Shown: piece by piece, positions 14,640 through 29,112 of the stretch | How positions within the stretch are numbered: the stretch's first letter is position 1 | How the letters are laid out: every line of letters begins with the position of its first letter | Source of the DNA: Eledone cirrhosa | Taxonomy: Eukaryota | Direction of reading: 5' to 3' | Assembly: GCA_964016885.1 (NCBI GenBank) | Contig: OZ024742.1 | Span: 238,328,001-238,392,000, forward strand | Length of the DNA stretch: 64,000 bases | The notes under the pieces: model-generated | Told to the model about the DNA's origin: nothing | The model's database searches: none | Seen by the model: the letters and a program-made list of their open reading frames with translations, nothing else | Made by a program: the position numbers and the translations under genes

Positions 14640-14688
<49 letters not shown>

Positions 14689-14994
14689 GAGAGAAAGGTG
14701 GAGAATCCAGTTTGAACGTTAACTGTGTGTACATAACTGTGATATTTGGAGCTAATAGTCAATCAAATTTCGATGAAAATCAATCAATATAGTTTTCTAA
14801 CTTCTAATCAGATTCACATTTTGAAAAAAAGAATAATAGCACATAATTGCGTGCCAGTGTTAGTGTGACTGTGCATGCGTATGTACATAGTTGTATCAGT
14901 ATATCTGCGCGTGTGCGTGTGCGCATGCATACTTGTATGAGTATATCTGTATGTTTGTGTGTGAGTATGTGTGTGTGTGTGTGTGTGTGTGTGC

Positions 14995-15118
<124 letters not shown>

Positions 15119-15439
15119 ATGTATCTTTTCTGTCAGTATGAAACGTCAAACAGCTATGTTTAGCTAGCACGCAAAATGACATGACTCCATTGATAACCCG
15201 TATTCTGTGATGAAGTAAAAAGTGATCTAGCATTTATATATCTCTTTATATTCTGGATGTTGGTGAAGGTTAAATGAAAGTAGGCAAACTATATCATAAT
15301 GATTTAAAGAAGATAACTAAAAGATAAGATAGAATAAAATAAACATCCTATTAATATCTTGTTGAAGATATATAGCAATCATTTCTGAAAGATGGAAAAA
15401 ATCGAGACAATAGGTATATATATATATAAAAACACTATA

Positions 15440-15474
<35 letters not shown>

Positions 15475-15534
15475 TATATATATATATATATATAAACACT
15501 ATATGTATATATATATATATATATATATAAACAC

Positions 15535-15587
<53 letters not shown>

Positions 15588-15675
15588 ATATATACAAACA
15601 CTATATATATATATATATATATACATATAAACACTATATGTGTATATATATATATATGTATGTATATATACACAC

Positions 15676-15707
<32 letters not shown>

Positions 15708-16212
15708 ATGTGTATGTATATATACGCACATATAATATATACACATTGTCCCGATTTTTTTCATCTTTCAGAAATGATAGCTTTACATCTTCAAGATATT
15801 AATAGGTCGTTTATTTTATTCAATTTTATTTTTTACTTATATTCTTATATACATATATGCATGTATGTATGTATATATATACATATCTGTGTGAGTGTGT
15901 GTATATATGTGTGTGTTTATTTATATATATATATATTAAAGTTAAAAAAACATAACAAATAACACTATCATACATCTCACACAATGCATTAATGTTATTT
16001 TAGTATAACATTTATGAAAAATTGGAAGAGAGTCATAATATTTCAAACATTAGTCGTTCCTCAGAAGATAGATACAGATAAAAGACATCTTTGTTAGAGA
16101 GAGAAGATAAAGAATGAGAGATGTAAGAAAAACGAAAAAAGCGTACTTGCTAGTCAGCAATCTTATGAAAATATTATATATTTTCAACTGTTCAACAGAC
16201 TGGCAGAGGTAT

Positions 16213-16255
16213 ACAGTCCTGATGAAGCGTAATGACCCAGAAACATGTCGATTGT
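16213..16255 (+). ncRNA. Minimal type I hammerhead ribozyme, intact core
   Basis: acagtc-CTGATGA-agcgt aatg accca-GAAAC at GTC-gattgt. 6-bp stem I, palindromic stem III ACATGT, GUC cleavage after 16249. Confidence 0.8.
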
Positions 16256-16371
16256 TCCTCAAAGCCAGTGTTGAACAAATAGGTGACGATCGGTTACCGG
16301 CACGGCACAGCTTCAAATCGGGCCGTTTGTTTACAAACGAATCGAGCATTATTATTAATGTTCAATGCGAT

Positions 16372-16695
16372 GGGCGGTGGATTGGGAGTATCGGTAGAGG
16401 GTTTGACGCCATGCTTTCCAGCATAGTTACGTCCCTTTATGATCTGAGTTCAAATCCCGCCGAGGTTGACTTTGCCTTTCATCCTTACGGGGTCGATAAA
16501 ATAAAGTACCAGTAATGTACTGGGTAATTGCTGGCCTTGTGCCTAAAGTAGAAACAATTATTAATGTTCAATGCCATTCTGAGTTCAAATCCCGCCAGGT
16601 TAACTTTGCCTTTCATCCTTACGGGGTCGATAAAATAAAGTACCAGTAATACACTGGGTTATTGTAGGCCTTGTGCCAAAAGTAGAAAAAATTAT
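16372..16695 (+). mobile_element. Two tandem SINE copies (16372-16562, 16575-16695)
   Basis: Consensus match. The flank attattaatgttcaat is repeated three times (TSD-like). Confidence 0.9.
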
Positions 16696-16821
16696 TAATG
16701 TTCAATATAACCCATACGTATATATGTATATTTGTATATATGTGTGTGTGTGTATCTGTGTCTGTATGTGTGTGTAAATATATAAATATTTATAGATAGA
16801 CAGATAAATCTATATAATCCC

Positions 16822-16853
<32 letters not shown>

Positions 16854-16917
16854 TTGTCATTATTTTCTTTTCCTTTTACTAATATATCACAACTCGTGTG
16901 TTACACCTCTATTCTTT

Positions 16918-17002
<85 letters not shown>

Positions 17003-17221
17003 AAATTGAGGTTGGTGATGGCACATGGAATATATAAGAGACAGAATACTTTTTTGTGAAAAAACATATAATTTTATAAGGTAAGGAAATAATAAAGGGT
17101 ATTTCCTTACCTTATAAAATTATATGTTTTTTCACAAAAAAGTATTCTGTCTCTTATATATTCCATGTGCCATTACCAACCTCAATTTTCTCTATAACCT
17201 TCGTTTTGTGTAGTAAATTAC

Positions 17222-17331
<110 letters not shown>

Positions 17332-17953
17332 TAATGGTAGCGAAGATGCTTCCATAGGCGGTATGCCGGTTGAGCACTCTATTCTCCTACGGAGCAGAGT
17401 ATGATAGAATGGAAAACGAAAAACCAGTGATGCATCGGAACTCAAATTATTGTGTGTTACAAGTGTTTCGCCGGCGAACAGATCGAGGTACGATCTGTGT
17501 GTCGATCGAGCTGTTCGCTGGGGAAACAATTGTAACACACAATAAATTGAGTTCCGATGCATCACTGAATTTTCGTTTTCCATTCTATATATATATATAT
17601 AGACCAGACCCCTTCTTCCTCCCGTTCGACCTGTGCGAAATTCCTTCCTTGCTCACATTTCAACCAGGTTTGATGGTCTTTATTCTCTCGTTCACGATTT
17701 CCCCGAATTTAAATTCATAGAAATCTGGGACTTGTCTCTTTCTTCCTCACTTTCTGTTGCTTCACCATTTTGTTTGTTTACCCTCGCGTCCCCTTTATTT
17801 ACGTGTCCTAACGACTTTTTTTAGCCGTTGCTCGCACCAACCGGAGGTATATGGTCTTTAAAGCGATGAAATGCCTATGATGGTTGGAAGATCACTAATG
17901 AAGGACAAACTTTTTTCTATGTAACCCATTTGCAACTCCGCAGCGCCCTTATT

Positions 17954-18030
<77 letters not shown>

Positions 18031-18055
18031 ATATATATATATATATATATATATA

Positions 18056-18371
<316 letters not shown>

Positions 18372-18469
18372 TATATACATATATAACGGGTAATTGCTGG
18401 CCTTGTGCCAAAAGTAGAAACAGTTATATATACATATATATATATATATGTATACATATATATATATAT

Positions 18470-18570
<101 letters not shown>

Positions 18571-18737
18571 GTATGGGGTTAACCGAACAGAGACGTACTG
18601 ATCATATTATGGTCTGTCGGTTGTGAAGCAGATAAAAAGAAGCGCTCAACGACCTGTATAAATGGTGCAAGTCGGAGCATTATATATTAATAAAAGATCG
18701 GAGGCCATATTCAGTTGATTTAGGTTTATCTAAAACT

Positions 18738-18795
18738 CCGTTATACATATTTCACTGAGGACTATCAGTTATGATAGCCTCAGCTCTTCAGACAG
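18738..18795 (-). ncRNA. Type I hammerhead ribozyme with long stem II
   Basis: ctgt-CTGAAGA-g ctgagg ctatca taac tgatag t cctcag t-GAAAT atgt ATA-acgg. Confidence 0.72.
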
Positions 18796-18930
18796 CAAAA
18801 CCTAAAATAACCATTGAAAGTTCCAAAGAAACCTTTAAAATTTTGAAAAATTTAATGATTTCCCCCCAAAAAAAGATTTTCATTTGATGTTGCTCTATCT
18901 ATCTTCCCAACACACACACATACATATGTA

Positions 18931-18967
<37 letters not shown>

Positions 18968-19154
18968 ATATAGAGATATATAGATATATAGATAGATAGA
19001 TCTATATGCACCTATATAAATATACCCATATATATATATATTCAAAGAGAGAGAGAAAGAGAGAGAGAGAATGAGCAATATTTCTAACTGTAGAGACAGA
19101 ATTAACAAATTGCTCGCCGTAGAAGTTGTAATATATTTATTTGTTCTAAATACA

Positions 19155-19330
19155 ATAATTGTTTCTACATTTGGCACAAGGCCAGCAATTATCCCAGTGT
19201 ATTACTGGTACCTTATTTTATCGACCCCGTAAGGATGAAAGGCAAAGTTAACCTCGGTGGGATTTCAACTCAGACCATAAAGGGACGTAACTCTTTGCTG
19301 CAAAGCATGGCGTCCGACCCTCTACCAATT
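19155..19330 (-). mobile_element. SINE
   Basis: Reverse complement of the family consensus. Confidence 0.9.
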
Positions 19331-19837
19331 ACAGATATGTTTATTAATACTGAAAGTCATTTCCATGTCGATGTAGATGTCTGTAATTATCTGTCAAGAT
19401 ATTTGGAACTAAAAGATTTTTTAATTACGTGAGACACGTGTTTTATTTGTTAGTCAGGAAGGTTGACCGTACTCATGAATTTTTACGCTAGAGTAGGTGG
19501 AGTGTATCCTCATACACGAGACTCCAGCCGTCTTTTTACGTAGTGGACACCACTAAAGACACAAAACAGCCCGGTGGAGGTATTAAATCAGACGTTAGAT
19601 TAAATCTAACAAAGACAGGCATCTGAGTATTTATCACCCCGGGCTAGTCCAACGATATGCGCCCCTTTCTACATGTTATGCGCCCCTGCAAGTTGAAAGT
19701 ATATTTAATTTCAACTTACATTTTCGGAAGCTAATAAACATAGATTTTGACGCTTCTTACTCTGATTAGACTAAGAAAATTACTAAACCTTCATTTTCTG
19801 CTACATAGCCCACACTCTTCAACACTAATTGATATGA

Positions 19838-20665
19838 CAGGTCATAACACCACTGATATATTTGATTGAACAGAGTTGTGTGGAAATTCCTGACCATGAC
19901 TTACATGCATCATGTACAAAATTGGAACTACAAGCTTATATGTATCCATGCAAAGCATGGAGAGTGAGAAGTGCTGGCTTTCGCATTAGTAATATAATAA
20001 CAGTAACAGACGAGCTGGGAACTATAGAAAATACAACAACAAATATTATATTTAACACTAGACCGTAGATAATTACATACATAGATACTAATGCTGTGAT
20101 GTTCAAAAACACAAGAAACGTCAAACAAGTAAATAATTGTTTCTACTTTTGGCACAAGGCCAGCAATTACCCAGTACATTACTGGTACTTTATTTTATCG
20201 ACCCCGTAAGGATGAAAGCAAATTCAACCTCGGCGGGATTTGAACTCAGACCGTAAAGGGACGTAACTATGCTGGAAAGCATGGCGTCCGACTCTCTACC
20301 GATACTGCCAATCCACATAATGATTACGATTACCATTACCAAAAACGAGAGAAGAGGGGAAACTGCAAGCCGTAACACAAACCAGAACGGTACCTCGTGA
20401 AACATTAAGATTTAATGATACATCTATTTCACCATCAGCTTCAAACCAGACAATAGAGGTAGAAGAACTATTAAGCATGTACAATATTGGACAATGGGGA
20501 ATACTTAGGGCAGACAAGACTTGGGAGTATACATGGGTCAATAGAAACCCAGCATGGTTTAATTCCATGCATTTCAATGCTTTCGAAGCACAAATAATAC
20601 CAAAGGAAATAGGTGAAGATAATCAAATACCATGTGAAATAAATGCATATAATAACGACAATTAA
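19838..20665 (+). pseudogene. Endogenous parvovirus-like capsid (VP) fragment interrupted by a SINE
   Basis: VEIPDHDLHASCTKLELQAYMYPCKAWRVRSAGFRISNIITVTDEL..TTTNIIFNTRP*IITYID, then ...GILRADKTWEYTW. Motif order matches the parvoviral jelly-roll (alphaA, betaD, betaE, 'LR.G..F.Y.F/W' betaG). Recognised by eye only. Confidence 0.65.
20132..20316 (-). mobile_element. SINE inserted in the parvovirus-like fragment
   Basis: Reverse complement of consensus, with ATAAT on both sides. Confidence 0.92.
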
Positions 20666-21070
20666 TTATGGGTACCAAACCCTGACACTGCTATGACAAT
20701 TAATTATGGGTACCAAACTCTGACACTGCTATGACAATTAATTATGGGTACCAAACCCTGACACTGCTATGACAATTAATTATGGGTACCAAACCCTGAC
20801 ACTGCTATGACAATTAATTATGGGTACCAAACCCTGACACTGCTATGACAATTAATTATGGGTACCAAACCCTGACACTGCTATGACAATTAATTATGGG
20901 TACCAAACCCTGACACTGCTATGACAATTAATTATGGGTACCAAACTCTGACACTGCTATGACAATTAATTATGGGTACCAAACTCTGACACTGCTATGA
21001 CAATTAATTATGGGTACCAAACTCTGACACTGCTATGACAATTAATTATGGGTACCAAACCCTGACACTG
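20657..21070. repeat. 38-bp minisatellite, ~11 copies
   Basis: Unit GACAATTAATTATGGGTACCAAAC(C/T)CTGACACTGCTAT, head to tail with no spacers. Confidence 0.97.
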
Positions 21071-21087
21071 ATATTTAGTAATTTATA

Positions 21088-21263
21088 TAATTGTTTCTAG
21101 TTATGGCACAATTACCCAGTGCATTACTGGTACTTTATTTTATCGACCCCGTAAGGATAAAAGGCAAAGTTAACCTCGGCGGGATTTGAACTCAGTCCGT
21201 AAAGGGACGTAACTGTGCTGCAAAGCATGGCGTCCGACCCTCCACCTATACTGCCAATTCACC
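21088..21263 (-). mobile_element. SINE
   Basis: Reverse complement of consensus. Confidence 0.88.
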
Positions 21264-21548
21264 TCATAATGATCGCAGGAAATTAGTATATATTTAAGAT
21301 GATTATACAAATTTCTATAAAACTGTAATCCTTTAAGGTTCAATAATACGCCTCTTTTGGCGGACATCTAGTTGGCCTTAATAATAGTGTCAGCCCAAAG
21401 TCTACCACTTAAGTAGGTCACGGCAGAATTTAAACTCAGAAGGTAAAGAGCCACAACAATTGCCGCAAAACTCCTTTCCATTTGAAGGTATCATCTTCGT
21501 CAGCCAACCATTATTAAATTTGACATATATATATTATTATTATTATTA

Positions 21549-21740
21549 GCCGTGGATTGGCAGTATTGAGAGAGGGTCGGACGCCATGCTTTGACGTATA
21601 GAGCTACGGCCCTTGCCATTCTGAGTTCAAATCCCGCCGAGGTTAACTTTGCCTTTCATCCTTACGGGGTCGATAAAATAAAGTACCAGTAATGCACTGG
21701 GTAATTGCTGGCCTTGTGCCTAACGTAGAAACAATTATTA
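21549..21740 (+). mobile_element. SINE with TSD-like attattaaatttgacat flanks
   Basis: Consensus match. Duplicated flank at ~21510 and ~21734. Confidence 0.92.
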
Positions 21741-22436
21741 AATTTGACATCATTTGTACTGTGTAGGTGTAAAATTAGACCATAAATAGCCTTCGTGAGA
21801 GCATGAACGACATTACCCCTCCATATAATACATTATTCCTGGTTTAATACCTGTATAAGATAAATTAGCATCTTTATTGTTCCTACTTGCACACATAACA
21901 TACGTAAAAACAAGAAAGAAATCAAATGTAATCGATCTTCTAATCTATTTTATTCATGAATCAATAATTTTTTTACCAAATAATATGGTTCCCTATAATT
22001 ATTCAACCCACAAAAGCAGATGTGCTTAATCTACATATATAAACACCTACACAAATATATACATATATACATACATTAATGGAACAGTAAAAATATGTAA
22101 AACATTCCAAAAATTCTGCATCTAATAACTGCATATACATTTGTACAGATACAAAGCATATACACATGCACACATATAACTCAAAATATACTCATCCACA
22201 CATGCAATAACATCCATACCTGCACACACATGCATGCATGTAAACATGCATACATATCTACCTAGTTGATGTTGTGTAAATTCCAATGAGAGAGTCTTGT
22301 GTCTATGTTAGAAACTGACTTTCTCTCTATTGGCAAAAATTTGTGAAATTATAAAACCAAAAGAACATACATACATACATACATACATACATACATACAT
22401 ACATACATACATACATACATACATACATACATACAT

Positions 22437-22770
22437 GATGGCTACCTCCTCGTTATCGAGTATGGCCATTGCACAATATAACATCAATTAATACTATCGT
22501 ACAATGCCTGTGCGTGAAGATTTTTTTTAAAGTGAGGAAAGACTGTGCACAGAGCCAATCCGTCTCTCTGAGCGACAGTAGCTATAACCCGAAAAGAAGA
22601 AAATATCAACATCATCGGTAACTACTGAGCCGCAGGTTTTATGTCGGAGTTATCCCAGTTTCCTGAGTTGCCTTCTCCTAGAAGAATGCCCTGACAAAGG
22701 CTAGGGGTCCGTCACTCCCACTGGTTTAACTGTGCGATTGGGTATCCAGCCCGATTATTTCTGTCACCGC
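22437..22770 (-). mobile_element. Short non-autonomous retroelement (RTE-related SINE-like) inserted in an (ACAT)n tract
   Basis: 334-bp complex island flanked on both sides by (ACAT)n. Contains ccttctcctag...aaaggctag, resembling RTE 5' UTR motifs. Confidence 0.45.
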
Positions 22771-22836
22771 ACATAATACATACATACATACATACATACA
22801 TACATACATACATACATACATACATACATACATACA

Positions 22837-22867
<31 letters not shown>

Positions 22868-24185
22868 GTACAATGCAGACATACAAGTCAATCAGCTTTA
22901 AATTGGCATTCTAGCAATTCGTGTTATATTTATGTGTGTGTGTGTTCGTTTGTTTCATCACTCACAATCGAGTATGACTTGTTATAATAGTGTGCACTCT
23001 GTTTGTGACAGTTTTAGGTGGCCATGCAGGCGCGAACAGACACAGAGACCTTCTCAACTCTCCCTTTCTTAATCCAGTAATAATCCATCGAATGTAATCA
23101 GTTCCAAGCTGCCTCATTAGCAAGTCATTAATACATTTTATATTTGTTTGATAATTTGAAAAGAAAAAATAATGATATACGTACTTGCATTTGACAGGCT
23201 TTATTTTGGCACATGAAAAATCCGTAACATAACTGTTAACATCTGGTTGACTTAAAAAGCATTGGAACAATTTGAAATTTTAAATGCAGTCATCCGAATG
23301 TAAATGAGTATAACAATAGTCAATCACTATAAATAATAGTTGAGAAAATCAGGTAATCACCTGATTTCGTATCGAATATGATGAAATTAGTAGTAGCAAT
23401 AACCAATTGAATTTAACGAGCTCTAATCTGGCATTCTAGCAATCTCAGCGGTGTAATTTATATTTATTTGACACTAACTATCAGAGGAATAAAATAGGGA
23501 TTTATTAAAGATTTATGTACAAAATCTAACAACTTTCCTAATGTTGGATGAAAAATTCATAACCTATTCATTTTCAGTTGTAGTTCATTCCATGAAACTT
23601 TAATTCTTAGCCTGATTTCGTCTTTAATATCATAAAATTAGTACAAGTAATAATGATTGATCAAATTTAACCAACTCTAGACTTGTATTCTAGCAATTTC
23701 AGCAATGTTTTATATATTCCTTTGGCTATTTCGGTACCAAACCGCCTGAAACTGTATCTGGTTCTATGAAATAAGCTCTTTATAATTTTCCTTCCAAACA
23801 CCAGCTTAATAATGAGAAAGTTAGTTATATTATTAAATGCCTCCAAATTTTTTTTTTTTTCTTCGAAATGTTATGAAAATCATGAGCAGTGCTTTGATCA
23901 AAAACGTGCAACAAAAGGCTTGACACACTGAGAAGAGAAACAAGGATATTTAACAGAATATTTTGGTTGTGTGTGTTTTGATGCGTTGATGTGGAATGGG
24001 CGATTGAGGTTGGAGAAACGATTTCCCCAACGCATTTATATATGAATGAATAGGGACCAACCAGAAACAAAATTGCTAATTATATATTCATTTGTTGACC
24101 TGGAATACTACGAGTCAATATCATGAACAATAGCGTGTCAAAAACATAGTACACTTGAAAATAACAAGACTAATATTTTCGTTAC

Positions 24186-24369
24186 TGGATTGGCAGTATC
24201 GGTAGAGGGTCGGACGCCATGCTTTCCAGCATAGTTACGTCCCTTTACGATATGAGTTCAAATCCCGCCGAGGTTAACTTTGCCTTTCATCCTTACGGGG
24301 TCGATAAAATAAAGTACCAGTAATGCACTGGGTAATTGCTGACCTTGTGCCTAAAGTAGAAACAATTAT
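24186..24369 (+). mobile_element. SINE (3' half of another copy at 24855-24955)
   Basis: Consensus match. Confidence 0.92.
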
Positions 24370-25229
24370 ATTAAAATATAGTGCGTTTTGTTTTTTTATT
24401 ATGCGTGGTTATGCTTGTAAAAAGATGCATCAGAGACACAGACTGAATGTGTGAATGTAAGCTAGAGTAAAGGATAAGACCTTGTTGTCTGACATATTAC
24501 TGATCTATTAGGCTAACAGCCAGCCAAAAATGGCCAGCCAAAATTTGTTGCCCGGTGAGAGGCTGAGTTCTGGAGTCCATCCGTTTTATATAAGAAATTA
24601 GTGCTATACTCTATCACAGATACCACTGTGTAAAAGTTAAAAGTGTATGATACATAATCACAGTGTAGTTTAGTAAAACAATTATAAGGGATGACTTCGC
24701 TACAAATATATACAAAAATAACTAGCTTCATATTGAAAAATGAAAAATTCATAGCATATCTATTTTTCGTGTGTATTTTACTCCACGAAACTTAAATTCT
24801 TGACTAGATTTAGCATCGAATATCACGTGAATTGCCTCATATTATTTTCTTTTTGAGGTTAACTTTGCCTTTCATCCTTACGGGGTCGATAAAATAAAGT
24901 ACCAGTAATACACTGGGTAATTGCTGGCCTTGTGCCAAAAGTAGAAACAATTATTTTCTTTTTGATAGGTTTTTCAGCAAAGTCTGACATTTCGTGTTTC
25001 AGCTTCTTCCTTTTATCAACAGCAGATCATCTGTTTGTTAAATATATTCAGTGGTGACATCAATAGTAATGAATGAATGTCCTTGGGCACTCAGAAAGAT
25101 TCTATTTATTAGTTTCTTCTTCTTCTTCTTCTTCTTCTTCTTCTTCTTCTTCTTCTTCTTCTTCTTCTTCTTCTTCTTCTTCTTCTTCTCAATATTATTA
25201 TTGTTGTAATTATTATTATTATTGTAATT

Positions 25230-25280
<51 letters not shown>

Positions 25281-25289
25281 GTTGTTGTT

Positions 25290-28200
25290 CTTTGAGTCTC
25301 ATTCATTGATGTTATTTAACTGGAAAGTTTGTTGAAATGAATATCGAGCCACTACCTGCAGCCTCAGATATTCAGGACGTATCGGAGGGTTCTTGCCTTT
25401 TGAAGTGTTCCAAAAAGCGGGGCGGGACCAATTTTCTTTAACCATCCTTGGAAACTCTTTGAGATAGTACCTAGTGCGCCTATGACAATCGGGACCACTT
25501 TGACCTCATGGCAGTTCCAAATCCATTTTACCTCCCACTTTAAGTCTTAGTATCGGTTAATTTTCTCCCTCTCCTTTTCTTGCACTCTCGTGTCAAATGG
25601 GCAGGCTACATCCACAATCAGGCACGATCTTTTTTCCTTGTCCAAAACCACCAGGTCAGGTCTATTGTGTTCCAGTTTCTTGTCCGTCTGTATCCTAAAA
25701 TCCCACAACACCTTTACCTGATCGTTTTCTATCACCGACTCTGGCTTATGCTCATACCACTTCTCAGAATGTGGTAAATTGTTTACTTTGCATAGGTGCC
25801 AGTGGATCACCCTGCCCATCACATCATGTCTCCAGCCTTTATAGTGAGTCTGGGCTAGGTGTTTACACTCGGATACAATGTGAGCCACAGTCTCCTCTCT
25901 CTCTCCACAGATCCTGCACAGTGGGCTAGCCTCCTCCTTGTAAATATGGTGTTTCACCCTCTTCGTTTTGAGGGCCTGCTCTTGCTCAACCATTAGCATT
26001 CCTTCTGTTGCCTTTTTAAGGTCTCCTCTTTTCAACCAGTTCCATGTCTGTGGATCTCTAAATTCAGTTTTCTCAAAGAAAGTACTATGAAGGGATTTTT
26101 CATGAAGATTGCTCTTTCTCCTTGTTGTTATTTCCTCCTTGGACATCCCCTGGTCTATTGTCCTCTCCTTCAGTACAATTCTGAGCATTGGCTCCCTACT
26201 ATCAGTCATGTATTTGTATAGGTTGTTTTTCTCCATCTGAACACAGTCCTCTATGCTGATAAGACCTCTTCCACCTTCAGATCTCCTTAAGTAGAGTCTA
26301 TCGACATCACTCCTCTTGTGGAACATGTTGTAGATAGTCAATAGCTTCCTAGTCTTCCTATCCATTTCTTTTTGTTCAGCAACATTCCATCTCAGAATTC
26401 CCGCACTGTACCTAATAATAGACACAGCTCGGGAATTTACTGCACTTATGGCATTCCTACTGTTCAGATGTGATTTAAATACGCTCCTTACTCTCCGAAT
26501 GTATTCAGATCTTATCAATTCCTTCATTTTTTGTTGTTCTTGATGTCATCAGCCTCCAGAACACCTAAATATTTGTATCCTTCTTCAGTGTCAATTTCCT
26601 TTATCATCTCACCTGTTGGTACCTGGATTCCGTTTCTTGTATCCTGATCTCACTTTTCTCAGTATAATGGTCAGGGGTATCAGGGCAAGGGCAAACAACA
26701 GAGGGGACAGACTATCTCCCTGGAAGATACCTCTCTTGATCTTCACGCCCCCCAAGGATTCTCCAGCCGATGTTAACTCTGTTTTCCATGACTTCATACT
26801 TTTTCCCAACAACTGTCTGATGTTATCTGCCACCTTGAAGATCTCTAGGCTTTTGGTGATCCAAAAATGAGGTACCATGTCGAATGCCTTTTTGTAGTCT
26901 ATCCATCCCATGGCAAGACCAATATCTCTCCTCTTGCAATTCCTCATTACCATCTTATCAATAAGTAACTGGTCCTTTGTACCACGGGACTTCTTTCGGC
27001 ATCCTTTCTGTTCGTCAAGTTGATTATGTGGAGGTGGTGGTAGATTTCCTCAGACACAATGTTTGTTAACAGTTTCCACATTACGGACAGACATGTGATA
27101 GGTCTATAGTTGGTAACATCATTACCCTTGATTCGGTCTTTCATTACCAGAACTGTGGTACCTTTTGTCAACCACTCTGGTACCTCACCTGACATCAAGC
27201 AGTCATTGAACATGGTTGTCAGTTTCGGGTGGAGGGATGTTATATTTTTAATCCAATACCCCTGCACACCATCTGGGCCTGGTGATTTCCAGTTGGTTAG
27301 TTTTTTGGCCTGCCCCTTAAGAGTTTCAAATGTGATACTCAAATCAGTTTGTTGGTGTGCCTGTTCACTAATCTCCTTTTTACTGTCTCAATCCACACTG
27401 CCTGATCATTATGTTTAACATCCTTCTCCCATATTCCTCTCCAGAATGTCTTAGTTTGTTCCGCCTCAGGGATCAAGTCGTTGCCTCTCTCTTTCCCTTC
27501 AAGCTGTCCAAACAACATCTTCTGGTTGTTGTCAAACATGCGGTTCTGTCTATACTGACTGACTCTGCTCTCGTATCGCCTAATCTTTGCACTCTTTGCT
27601 ACAATGCGTTGCTTCAGTTCCTCTATGATAATATTTAGCTTTTTCCTCCTAGTTTTGTACTTTATTTCCAGTCTATTTTTAGTGTCTATGTTTTTTAGTG
27701 TCCCATTCAGTAGGGACTCAAGCTTTCCAATGTCATTTCTCATTTTGCCTGATTTGACCATTCAATCGTTTCTTCCACCAAGGTTCTGATCTTTCTTGTT
27801 TGTTGTTTCCTCTCGCTTTTATGCCAAGTAATTTCCTCACCCCATTTGCTGTTGCTTTGAGGATACTGTTGCACTGGTGAAGGCTCCTCGCATCAAGGTT
27901 TGGGATGACTTTGTTTACCTTAGCTGTTGTTTCTTTTAACTTTTTCCTGTCTACAAATGTTAGGTTCATAGGTTTCCCACTATCATTGTTCATTTCATCT
28001 ACCACTAAGTTTAGCATATCAACCAAATCTTGTCCTAGCCCGTCAGCATTCATTTCCTCAATGGCCGTATCTTTGTTCCAGGTATTATTTATTTCAGCAT
28101 TCAGATCATTGTCTGCTTCGGATGATTCCTCCGTTCTCTCAACCTCTTCACCTTCATTTCCCACTGGTTCGTTTGCCTGGCATACTCCACTCTCCATTTC

Positions 28201-28700
28201 CAACCTAATCTCTCTGCTCAGTTCCTCCAGTTCCAGCTCGCTTATCCACCCATTAGTTCTTATTACCCGAGCCTGCCCGGCCAATTTTTGTTCATCTAAT
28301 TTAAATAGACCAATCTCGTTCCAGATGTTATGCATCCGTTTCCTATAGCCTTTTTCCTTGGGGTTACTCTTCAGGTAACATTGCATAGCAGTTCTATTCA
28401 ATTCTTTCGTCCAGTTGGTTCTGGTCCCTTTCCTTCTTCTTCTTCCTCCAACACCAGCAGTATTTGGATGACAGCCAGGTCCCTGCTGCTGGGCCAGGGA
28501 GCACCTGCTGGGTGAGAGTCTGTCACATGACATTCCAGTCTCCACTTCACCGTTATTCGAACTGTTTAGGTTCGACATTTAAACACTCATATCGAGGATT
28601 GGTGAATGTATGGTTACATAACTACCGGTGATTTCATCACCCCCAGTGATCTCATCACCTCCGGTGATTTTGCGTGGCACCATCACGCTGTAGATGAACA
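25290..28700 (-). mobile_element. Near full-length R4/Dong-like non-LTR retrotransposon (RT + restriction-like endonuclease), frameshifted
   Basis: ORF pieces 28578-25547: [75 protein letters not shown]. 3' end abuts a (TAA)n tract, the known Dong target. Confidence 0.88.
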
Positions 28701-29112
28701 TAAGTAAATAAACAAATAAATAGATAAAAACTTAAAAAAACAAAAATAAACAAAGTTTCATTGTAATGTTTGAATGTCTGACTTAGTTTTTTTATTGTTT
28801 GTTTGTTTTATTCCTTTGCGATTTTCGTTTTACAAGGCCAGTAATATCGGTTACTAGTGTTGTTGTTGCTGCTGCTGCTAAGGGAAGTAGGGGTTGTTGT
28901 GTTCAAAACTTTTGAAATTTGTGTTTGTTGTTGCGTTTGCTTCTGTCTGTGTTCTGTTCTATAATTTTTCGACTTGTTGCTTATCATTATTTTTTTTCTC
29001 CTTTCATCCCTACGGTGCCGACATAACAAAGCACCTGCAACACACCGGGACAATTGCTGGCTCCGTGTCAAAAGCAGAACAATTATTATTATTATATTAT
29101 AGTTTAGACAAA

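Noticed and set aside
20657-21070. CRISPR-like array of 38-bp repeats
   Set aside because: No spacers, no cas genes, eukaryotic intron; a plain minisatellite.
23340-23710. Two ~90-bp diverged direct repeats ~250 bp apart
   Set aside because: Old local duplication with no further structure.
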